A stretch of DNA of 64,000 bases, taken from NCBI GenBank assembly GCA_973851085.1, contig OZ316775.1, positions 9,734,001-9,798,000 of the forward strand. Reading direction: 5' to 3'. The position numbers and the translations under genes were made by a program. The stretch's first letter is position 1, and every line of letters begins with the position of its first letter. The DNA is from Ptychomitrium polyphyllum (lineage: Eukaryota). This document shows positions 53,501 to 64,000 of the stretch, piece by piece. The notes below the pieces were generated by a model, which ran no database searches, was not told the origin of the DNA, and was given only the letters and a program-made list of their open reading frames with translations.

Positions 53501-54427
53501 CATGGAAAGAAGAGTTCATAAGGACTACATACAGCTAGAAATCGTTGTTGAAAAAGAGGGGCAGAAAGGGATTCTATTGGGCAAGGTATGTTACTTTCTA
53601 CTTTGGAACTGGATAGTATCTGGAGCTACTATACTTTTTAAATTTTAAGTGAGTCTTTTGGTTTCTGTTTGTGAACTGAGTTCATCAGATACAGTATCTA
53701 GGGTAGCTTCGTGAATTTAATGTCCATGTTATATTCAGAAATTTTCATGCATTTTGTGTGACGAAGATGTGTTGATATACCACCTTGCGGTCACTTATCC
53801 AGTTATAGAAGCTCCTTTGCATTTTGGAATTGAAATTGATATTTTCTTGTGGCTATTGAATTGAAATAGGGGGGCCTATCCTTGAAAACGCTTGCTACTG
53901 CTGCAAGATTGGATATCGAAGATTTTGTCGGGAAGGAAGTGTTCGTGGAGGTACACCAGACACGTGATCTTTACATTACATGCTCAGCTTGCTTTGCACT
54001 TCCTACTCACCCACATTGTGGATTTCTTGTTGCTAGACACGGTGTTGACGTTAGTAGTGTGGATGATTAGTAAAAGGCAGAATTCGTATACTGGAGTTCC
54101 TTATATGAAAGGTCTACGTTGAACAATGTGAATATCAGGAATGTGGGTTTATCAAGCTACATTGGAGTTATGTTCTATTGTCATGCTCACGTTCATGCTC
54201 AATGTAAAACGCCATATCAAGGTCCTTTAATATTTTTAGGGCCATTGCCTAAATCGATGAAGTGTCTCTACATCGAGTTCGTAACTAGCACTAAGAATAG
54301 TTGAACTCGATACTGACTCGGATGTGGGTAATGTACTTTTCAGATAAAAGTGAAGGTGAAGGAAGACTGGCGTGAGAATGAGGAACTCCTTGATCATTAT
54401 GGATATAGCGGCAAATTGAGCCTTTAA
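50509..54427 (+). CDS. ERA: Era-like GTPase with N-terminal transit peptide (likely plastid), 9 exons, ~407 aa
   Basis: Exons 50509-50839, 51163-51308, 51750-51890, 52313-52426, 52800-52925, 53216-53314, 53484-53585, 53870-53950, 54344-54427 (1224 nt in frame). G1 [16 protein letters not shown]2 [10 protein letters not shown]3 DTPG, G4 NKKD, G5 VSAK, KH domain ([35 protein letters not shown]). N-terminal extension ends in VIVRA. Confidence 0.95.
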
Positions 54428-56744
54428 GATAATTCAGTACAGTTCGGCGAAAATTCAGGTCGATCCCTTTAGAGATCACGAAGTTTTAATAGCAGCTATT
54501 TACTCTTTAGTTCTTACGAAGTGTAATTTAAAACCAGATAATACCACATAGGCGCTTCTTCTATGTTCTTTTTTGCGTACTGTGTTTCCAGTTACCATTT
54601 CCCTCCTTGCTGTGTTTCCATGAATACCAGTCTTCAAAAGAAACTCGAGTCATAGAATGCATGTAACTTAGCTCCTTCACCTGTTACAGCTCCACAACTG
54701 ACTGTGGAGCGCTACATTTTGGAGAGGATTATGAGCTTAAAGGTTGTAACAGATGCATGAGATATGTGGGTGATTGTTTGTTTCATGCATGTCATTAGAA
54801 TAGTAGCTGTGCCTTGGGGTTGCATGTTTGTGCTTCCGATATTTTTACCTATATATGGTATCATTGTACGGACGCAGCTTTGTGAGCATTGTGAAGAGTT
54901 GTCATTGGCGTCGGTTTATTCATGTTTTGGCCATTGCGAAGTCGACACGAAGGCAAATCCAGACCCGAGATATGCAACTGGACATATATATGAAGGCAGC
55001 AGACTTTGCATATGCTGATTCCTGAAGCGTGACCGGCATGGTGATCTAGAGCAGCTGTCTTTTGTCCAAAAATCTTCATGCTTGGGAGAAGATCAGACAG
55101 GAACAGCATTGAAGCATCTTCCATTCTTGCTAATGCCTTCGCAGCCCCTTCAAAGACTCCCATCCTGGATTAGGTCGACTTAAATAAAGGATTTGTACAA
55201 TACCGCCTGTCCTTGAAGGGACATTCTCTTGTGTAGTGAGAGTTCTTTTCTCCTTTTCTCCCAAATATTTTTCAGTATTTTTCCTTTGAACTGAAGTGGA
55301 GGAATTCGTTGCAGATGAATGCAATGCTTAGCATTGAAGGAGCTTGAGAGTCTCATCAGAAATAGATGAGATATGATTTAACATGGGATATGATATCACA
55401 ATGAATGTGTGTCATACCCCACATTAGTCTAATGTCAACTTGACATCAGAAATGCATCATAATGATCATAATAATGTAGATTTAAAATGTTGTCAATATG
55501 ATAGTGATGTGTTTAAGTTAAATGATTTTGGAATGATATCAAAATGGCATATCTTAAAATCAAATCACATTAACATTTCATGTCATTTTGATATCATTTT
55601 TACACATGTCATTTTAATGTCATTGTAAAATCATTTTAACTTAAAACTATTTGAAGTCATTTTACCATCATATTAGCTTAAAAGTTTTCATGTTGTGATG
55701 ACATCAATGTGCTAAGCTATTTATTGATTTCATATTAATGTTGCAATTATTGTCTTTAAATTTAGTAATATTGTCATAATCATGATTTCTTCATATTCTA
55801 GCATAAATTGTCTCATACTTGTTAAGGTAAGTGCATCTTAAAATCAAGAGATTGCTACATATCAATATGAATTTTTTGGGGTCATTTTAGAAGCACACCA
55901 TTGTTCTTTAAACATGCATTAATTCTTAATCACTTGAAAGTTAATATATGTATTGTATAGCAACATCTTTTTTTTTAAATGACTATTAGCACCTTATTGG
56001 TCCCATTTGTCTCCTGTCTTTTTTAGGTATGCTTGAGTTAGATGTTAAATGATTTTTTTTGTAGGTTATAGCTTTGTTGAATTTTAACATAAGAAAATAA
56101 TTTAAAAAGATCCTAGAACAAGGTTATAAGATGATAACATTATGTGATAAATGCACTAATGAGTCCAAAATCTTAGGAAACCAAAGTTTCTTCTTCTGTT
56201 GCATGTGTAGAATTGGTTTTTTTTTTTTAAACCAATAAACAAATAAATGAACTCAGTGAATAGTAAACCCTTTTTTACTATGCTTTAAAAAAACAAAAAC
56301 TCAAGCTTTTTGGATGTAACTTTGATACAATTTCAGAGGTGACATCTGATAAGAAATGAGCAAAAGCTGAAGTGATCAGCCTGTGCAAAGAGGGTTTTAT
56401 TTTATTATTTGGAACAAACAAAATCGGCTGTGCAAGGAGGTTGGCTTGCTCAACAAAATGCTCCTGCATTGAAGTTTATTGCCATTGATGTGGGAAAACT
56501 ATTTTGATCGTCCCAGAATTTAACTTGTTACCAGAATTTTACCAAATTACTGTATCAGTGATCCACTGTGCATGAGTGATAGATTTTCCACCTAATGAAC
56601 AGCTAGAACTATCATCTAGGTACATACTAGCCGAGTGAATTCATTAATTGTGCGCTTGATAATGAGATTGTTAAACCAAGGCTCGACAAAGATTAGATGA
56701 GTGAACTTTGAGTTGGATTGGATGACAGTTAGAGCACAAAGGCC

Positions 56745-56812
56745 TGAGTTCAAAATGAGTTCAAAATGAGTTCAAAATGAGTTCAAAATGAGTTCAAAAT
56801 GAGTTCAAAATG
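56745..56812. repeat. 11-bp minisatellite TGAGTTCAAAA x6
   Basis: Six perfect tandem copies seen directly. Confidence 0.95.
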
Positions 56813-57144
56813 CAGCCATAAGGTTCTGCTATTTGTCAAATTTTGGGCATGAGAAGGTGGAGGGATTGTGACCTAAATGCTAAGGTTTTGGGCGACCAGG
56901 TGAGAGACCATTTTAAAATGTGTTGCCCTAGCTGCTGAGACACCAAACCCCTTGTTTTGCTACATTTGTCTTCCCTTATATGGATCTTGTCTGCTTTTAT
57001 GCACATGTCTTTCTATTACACTCGTTTAACTCCATGTGAATCTTGTGGGAGTAAATTGGTGGCATAATTTGTGGCCCCCAACTAGAGAATGTGGCGCGGC
57101 AACCTATTGCATGTATTTTAAGTAAGATTAGGTTGTTTCTAACT

Positions 57145-57184
57145 CAAATTCCTTGCCACGCCGCAAATTCCTTGCCACGCCGCA
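57145..57184. repeat. 19-bp tandem duplication CAAATTCCTTGCCACGCCG x2
   Basis: Two perfect adjacent copies. Confidence 0.9.
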
Positions 57185-57349
57185 CTTGTCTGCTTTTATA
57201 TTCCTTCATTGCATGAGTTGAGGTCAATCACGACTAGGATGCTAATTCTTATCCATTCCTCCTAAATTGATGATGTTATATCTTATATTTTACATAAGAC
57301 TGTTATTGCCCATCCAAATCCAATTGATAATGTTGTGACTTGCATTCTA

Positions 57350-58700
57350 CAATTGAAGTAGGATAAAACTCTACGAAACTAAATTTTGTTGTATATTTGC
57401 AATTTCAAAATCTAGAAATTCAAAACATTTTGTAATCATAATATGAAGGACATTTTTTTACCATAGCTAAGAGACAAGAGATACTTAGAAATACCTTGTT
57501 TAGGACAAGAACATATATTGAAGAACTTAATGTAGAAATTGTCTTTATTCATTTAAGTTCATCTTCTATTAGAGACAGCAATCAAGCATGGAAATTGTAA
57601 GAAAAATATATAAGGATTGTTGGTATACAACTTTGATTGAATTGAATTTAGTACATAAAAGATTTTTTTTTTTGTAGATTATGCAAAAAAAAAGGAGTTT
57701 AAATTAATTTATCAATGTTGGTTTGATAAATGTAAATAACTTAACTTCAAAGACCATGGTAAATTTGAAGAGCACAAAAAATCAATGTGAACTATTTAAA
57801 ATGATAAATAATTCATGAAAAAAGCCATGGTTAAAATTAACAAAGTTTGTAAAAGAAGTTGTTCATCATTTTTTAATAGGATGATTATTAAGTTTTAAAG
57901 TATATTTGTCATAAGACATTGAATGTTTACAACCTTTGTAAAAGAACATCTACGTATGATAATATTTTTAATATTGATTCAGATTCAATATGGTAACAAA
58001 GATACATTAAAGATAAATGAAATTCTACTAACATCCTTAGGGAGTGGAATTGGAATTTAGATAATTTTTTAAAATTTAGATTTAATGATGCAACCACTGT
58101 AGCTAAGAAAATATTAAAAAGCAAATTAATTTTTTTGATAATTCACTACATTGCTCATAGGACAAATTTGGTAGCTCCATAGGTTGCTAAGATTAAACCT
58201 TGTGATGTATTCATCATCAAAAAGGTTCATTTTTAAATGCATTAAATTCATACCCAATAATCATCTTTGCAAAGATTTAAAAAATAATTATATGTCAAAG
58301 AAATGTTTAAAGAGGTTTATTAATATTGTTGGTTTTTCCATGGGCAATAATCTAATTTGAATGTATGTGACATTAACAAAAATTTAGAGTATCATGTGGT
58401 ATCCAAATTTGGACCTTTTGGTGCTTAGGTTATTTTTTTTTAAATCCTACTAAAAAAAAAAAAAAATCCAAATTTCTTAATTAGATATATTAAGGAATAG
58501 AAACAATTTAATATAGCTATATGTTATGCTTTATAAAAGAGATTTGCAAACAATGATATTACTAATGCATTCAAAATTCTCAATCATTTTAACATGCCTT
58601 CTATATAAATAAGCTTAGCACCATAAGTTGTAGAGGTTTTGTATGTAATTTCAAAAGGCTTTTGTGCACGATTTGATGTGGAAAATGAACATAATGGAAG
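57350..58700 (+). mobile_element. Heavily decayed hAT-family transposase remnant
   Basis: AT-rich, stop-riddled sequence retaining RFNDATT (~58078; cf. GSDGAS), IHYIAHRTNLVA (58141; cf. IHCxAHRLNLA) and STISCRGF (58617; cf. the dimerisation motif STxxCERGFS) in the expected order. No TIRs identified; limits approximate. Confidence 0.55.
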
Positions 58701-61700
58701 AAATTGCCTTTTTTGGTGATTAGTACAGCAATGGAAAGGGAGTTTTTGCACTTCAAAGTACAATCTACAAAAAATTGGATGTAGAAGATTTTTAAAGACC
58801 TTTAGAATATGGTAGCTTGGATTCTTTTTTTAAGTATGTAAATTAGGAAATATTACTTAGAATTGTTAGATTGCAATGTAGTATTATTGTTACATTGAGG
58901 GAGCCTTTTCCATTTAAAATGTCATTTAAAGCAAGTCCAAAAATACATTCTAAACCAAATGTAACAAAATATCACTTTGAGTAGTTTCATAAGGTTTAGG
59001 AAACAGTGTTAAATCAATATGGTAAAAGTTATGGCATAGTAAAAGAGTTTTATCAAATCTAAATGTTTGATTTATAATCTCAGCTTGTACTTTTACTTTA
59101 GCAGCCAAAGTAGAAGACAGTACTCCTGATAAATTCGAATACTTTTGTGATTCGTAATCTTTTTCTTTTTCTTTTTATATGTATATAAATAGCAACTTTG
59201 AAATTCAGAGGTTTCAAATTCTAAATATAGGTCTTTACATATTAAAAAGGTGCAATCCTTAGTCTTCAACAAGTTGAAAAGCTTTATCAAGATCAGCTTG
59301 CGCTAAAGGGAAAACTATTTATTTCATGATTGTTCTAAATTGTATGTATTCATGAGCCTCTCAGAAGTTCACATTTCATTGAAATAGGTTGAAGAAGTTA
59401 CTTGAAGTCAGCTTTTGACCAACACAAAACCAAAAAACTTGGGGAAACCTTCCAACATTCTTAAAAGCCTAGGGAAAGTAAGAGATTTCTACAACTGATG
59501 CTGTCAAAGTTCAACATACTTTGCCAGCATAGAATCAACCAAGGGGAGGTGGTATCCTTCGTGATTGGGCTTCGGCTCAAATTATACCTCATTACTGCAC
59601 CCACCAGCTACAGAATCTCCTTGACTTCTGATCCCAACTGAACACAACCTATTTTGAAACTGGTACAGTAAGCGCTGTCTTTAGCCTCCCCATGTGCTGT
59701 ATAGAATGTAGCAATAAAGTTAGCTCACCCAAGTGACAGAACGCTCATGAGATTCAAACTTGATTGGCTAGAGCGAGAGGATTTACAGTCACCTGCTTGG
59801 CTGGTGGCTGGTGAAGGAAAGCAACTATTGCAGTGGCACAGTCATTGAACTTGCTCAGTGCAAACCTCGAACAAGTGGCAAGTTGCAGAATAGTTTTAAC
59901 GTCATCTTAGGATACATGGAATCCCAACTCCTCTTGGCTTGTCTGAACTTGAGCAGTTTCTAAGGCACATCATGATCCGGAGGCTTTGACAATTGTGGTA
60001 GTACACCAACAAATACTTTGCAACCCTCCAATACTATGAAAATCTGCCTTTATAGAAATGATGGAAACGGAATCTTTGAGTGAGATTTGATTGTGTTGTA
60101 GTTCACAAGATGCAGTGTACATGATTGTGAGCTTTTTTTTTTTTTTGGGTTTTTTTTTTGGACATAATATGATTGTTTGTTGAGTGTGATTTTGTCAAAT
60201 GAACATTTTGACCTTGCTATTACAATACTTGAGTATACAACAACCTTAAGTATATAACTCATTTTTCTGTCACCAACTTATTTAGTTTATGACTCTTTCT
60301 ATAGTATAATTATAACACATTGTAATACAACAATTAAGATCTCCCATTTGTCAAATTATAGAGGTGATTGATGCTTAATAAGGATGAATTTCATCTAAAT
60401 TGATGAATGTTTGGGGGGGGGGAAAATGGTCCTGCGTTCATTTATAATTGAAAACCATATGAAAAATTTCAAAAATATAGGCCAGAAAATGGTATCTATG
60501 GTTTGGGCGGCGGCTAGGATTGGTTGCCATTAACAAGTTTATAATTGCAAATCTTTGTTGACATAAAGTGTATTTGCAATGTTTGATATCATTGTAATGT
60601 GTTTCTATACTTCATTTTGTCAAATTTTGAATACTTCAATAATATGACATCAAATGCCTTAAATGTCATATAATAAAAAATGCAACATTTTGATTATATG
60701 ACAATTTTCTTATTTTCCAAACTTATCATATTAAAAAAAGAAAACATTATTTTTGGAGTGTGTTTTCATTATAAATATTAATTTCTAACATTTCTATAAC
60801 ATAAGCACTAAAGCACTTCGAATTAAGAGAAGCAGTTGAAGGATCTTTAGGCATCTAAGCAAAGTTAAGAATGGACTTAAGGGAACTTGGCTAGATTTGG
60901 GGAGGTTTTAAGTTTGAAGCTCTTAAACTAGGCGTGAATATTGGAAAAGCTTTTCATTGATTCATCAAAACAAACTTTGAAATGCATTTTGATTCTTATT
61001 TACAACAAAATTAGATTTGACAATAATTCCTTTTTTTTCTTTGAAGACAATTTGATGGATAATTTGGTTTCTACTTGAATTTCAAACGTTTAGTTTTTCT
61101 ACTTAATTTAAATAAATGTGAAAACTTTTTTTTTATTATTTAAAGGATATTAAAGTCTTTACAAAAAGAACAAAATTTCATTTGGAATGAGAAAATTTCA
61201 TTTTGGATGAGAAGATTTTATTTTTTGAAGTTTTTAGAATATAACTATTCAGTTTTTCAAACAAAATTTATATCTATTCAATACATTGTTCCAAAAATAT
61301 CATGACCGGATGAAGAATTGGATGAATGTATTGAGATAGATGAATTTAATCATCCATGTAATGATATTGAAGTTTTTCATTGATAATGTACAATTAAGCC
61401 ACAATACCATTCTACTCGCATTAACTTAGACTTTTAGTGGAGTGATCATAATATTATACTTTAAATTAGTTAATTCTTCTTGAAAAATTGGAATGTTTTA
61501 ATCTCTGGGTTCTACAGAATGCAAGCTTTTGTACAAGATACAAAATAAGAAAATAGTGGTTTACTAAATAGGGACTATTTTTGAGCTAAGTCCAAACTAA
61601 GAAAAATAAGCCTTAGCCTTTACTAAAATCCAAAGCATTTCCATTGTGCTTTTGTAAGTTTTATAGTCTTGGGTTGATTTTCAACCTGGTTTTCAAAAGG

Positions 61701-63238
61701 TTGAAGTCAAAAGATACATTTGAATTTGACAAATCTAAAAACATTATTATAAAGGTGTTACTACATACATATAAGTTGTACACTATTTTATGCATATAAA
61801 TATATTTACTAATGCAATCATTTGTATTTTATTACAAATTTTGGAATTTATACAAAAAGTTAATGATTACAAAAAAATTAAATGTATTTTGAAAAAAAGT
61901 TGTTTTAATGAATTTGAAATGATATATTTTATGATGTGGTGATTTTTTGAAATTATTGTGTTGTTTAATTTTGTGATCTTATTCTTGAAAGACCGCTTTT
62001 GAACTCAAATCAATGTAATTTTGGCCTAATAAAAAAAAAATTACTTCAATATTTGTGGTATCATTGAATGTTATATCCTAATAACATTCAATCATAGTAT
62101 AGTACAATTTGATGGAAAGTATGTGCAATAATACTTAATGATAAAAAAAGTTACTTTTGTTACCAAAAAGCCTCTTGTTTCTATGATTATACAACTATGG
62201 ATTAAATGTGTGCTAATTGATGCTAAGTTGTAATGCTTAATTTGCAAGTCAATCATATATTATGTGAATGATAGTTTAGAATATTTGCAAATAAGAATGT
62301 TGTGATTTATGGAGTTAATGCTATAAAAAAATGATTTTTTGGAATCACTCATTATAGAATTTTACATTGTAATATTAAGTTCCATTTGACAAATTTGCTA
62401 AATAAAAATCCTATTCCAATTGTACATTTTTATGTTTAATATGCTTCTGGAATTAAATCCATTTGCAATGGTATTATCAAAATGCCTCCTATTATTAAGA
62501 TGTTAAATATAGTTTTGATCCTTAAACATCATAAGTGACTAAATTTGTCACTTGGACCAATGAAATCTAATTTGGTATTTTGAATGGCCATTTTAAGCCA
62601 ATATTTTGAAGTAAATTCACATTCAAATTATCTTATTCACTTAATATAATTGTTGAATTATTAAAGCAATCAATATTTACTTTAAAACGCACATAGAACT
62701 TTTTTATTTTATTGTTAGTCATGTCACCTTTGATTATCCACTAACTCAAGAATTTTTATTGAAATGTGTTAACTATTTTCAAATTACATTAATTGAATTG
62801 CTTAAAAATATAATTAACATATGGTCAATTTGGTACGTTTTAGTATTTCTTATTGTTTCGTTTGGTTTTAGTAGTAAAAAGGACAAAAGAGGTGAAAACA
62901 TATAAATGCTTTGGAGGTGAATATGATCATCAAAAATGACAAAAAAATAATAAAATTTTACAATTAAGCTCTCCTTTTAGTAAATAAAAGTGATTTACTT
63001 AATTCAGTTTATTACACTACATAATGATAATGTTCACCGTATTTCTCTTAAAAAGAAATCAGTTTGTTCTCACGTGACATTTACACTGAAGAAGAATTTT
63101 CTGTTTTTAAAACTAAGAACTTGTGGTATGTGCAATATTGAAACTGGTAACAAAAAACACATCCCCAACTGAAATGGGTAACAAAAAATAAAATTTTGAT
63201 TAAAAAATATATCGTATGTTAGAGTAAGTGTAAATAGT

Positions 63239-63317
63239 GTAGGTACCGATAAATGCCATACTCAGTGTGCCGGTAGGTACCGATAAATGCCATACACAGT
63301 GTGCCGGTAGGTGCCGA
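63239..63317. repeat. 34-bp tandem repeat x2.3
   Basis: gtaggtaccgataaatgccatac(t/a)cagtgtgccg twice plus a partial third copy. Confidence 0.9.
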
Positions 63318-63582
63318 GGTATATGCACTCTAACATTCTTTTGTGAAAGCAACCTCTACTACGGCTGTAGAGGTGTTTCAAAGTTGGTAGCAGCTAATAT
63401 AAGTTACTCACAATCCCCTATTTTTCTATTGCAGATCTCCGCTTGATCTCATTACTAAAGTTGAGAGTTAAAGCCAAAGGTAGCTTCTGATTATACTTCG
63501 CAAGGAATTTAGCAATCCACGTGGCACTACTTGCAAATTTCTCCAATGCTGGGAAACAACACAGCTCACTGGAAGAATACTT

Positions 63583-63666
63583 GTTATCTCTTTATCGTCA
63601 CAAGCTATCTCTTTATCGTCAGAAGTTATATCTTTATCGTCACAAGTTATCTCTTCATCGTCACAA
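63583..63666. repeat. 21-bp tandem repeat x4 (gttatctctttatcgtcacaa variants)
   Basis: Four adjacent units with 1-2 substitutions each. On the minus strand they read CDDEEIT-CDDKDIT-SDDKEIA-CDDKEIT in ORF 63468..63752. Confidence 0.9.
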
Positions 63667-64000
63667 ATCCTAGCAGAAACTTTGCCTACTTTACAAGTTC
63701 GTACTTCAGCCTTAATCTTCTTGGCAGATTTCTCCAAGTTGGAGTGTTCCAAGGAATTACTTCAATTGTAATGTTTTTGGTACTGATACCAAAAAGTACA
63801 AGATTTTAATCAATTTAGTTGCATTGTGAAATTTCTCACAATGAATGAAGGAGCTTGTATGCAAAGTCATCAAACTAGACTCATGTCTTCATGCATCCAT
63901 TATTATATGCCCTTATTGTCATTTGTTTTTTATTCCTTACTTTCAAAAGTAGGAGTATTTCAACAAGTGAAGAATGTTGTAACATATGCAACGTTTGTAT

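Noticed and set aside
54764..55324. Short ORFs downstream of Era (e.g. 54861..55163, minus strand)
   Set aside because: No recognisable domain and no consistent exon chain.
59718..59775. tRNA/SINE-like ttagctca..gacagaacgct..gagattcaaact
   Set aside because: It cannot be folded into a cloverleaf and is too degenerate to support.

Overview
Eukaryotic nuclear DNA from a land plant. Short GT-AG introns, the gene content and AT-rich decayed intergenic islands suggest a moss or other bryophyte (inference; species not determinable here). I built spliced models by hand for nine protein-coding genes: an SCL4/7-type GRAS transcription factor (-), two divergently oriented STIG1-family secreted 16-cysteine peptide genes (- and +), two tandem LRR receptor-like kinases of the LRR-XIIIa (FEI/At1g78530-like) type (-,-), a FAD-dependent monooxygenase (-), an intronless OST3/6 oligosaccharyltransferase subunit (+), a CBS-domain SnRK1 gamma-like protein (+) and an organelle-targeted Era GTPase (+). 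There is also a divergent U1 snRNA gene with USE/TATA, a probable decayed F-box gene, a decayed hAT transposase and several minisatellites. The most interesting signal is a ~20.5 kb block of two STIG1-like ligand genes next to two LRR-RLK genes. One kinase has a canonical HRDxK loop and the other a non-RD loop lacking the Lys (HGDVSSTN). This is a candidate linked ligand/receptor(/co-receptor) module, inferred and not demonstrated. Exon boundaries are frame-consistent but lack transcript support.
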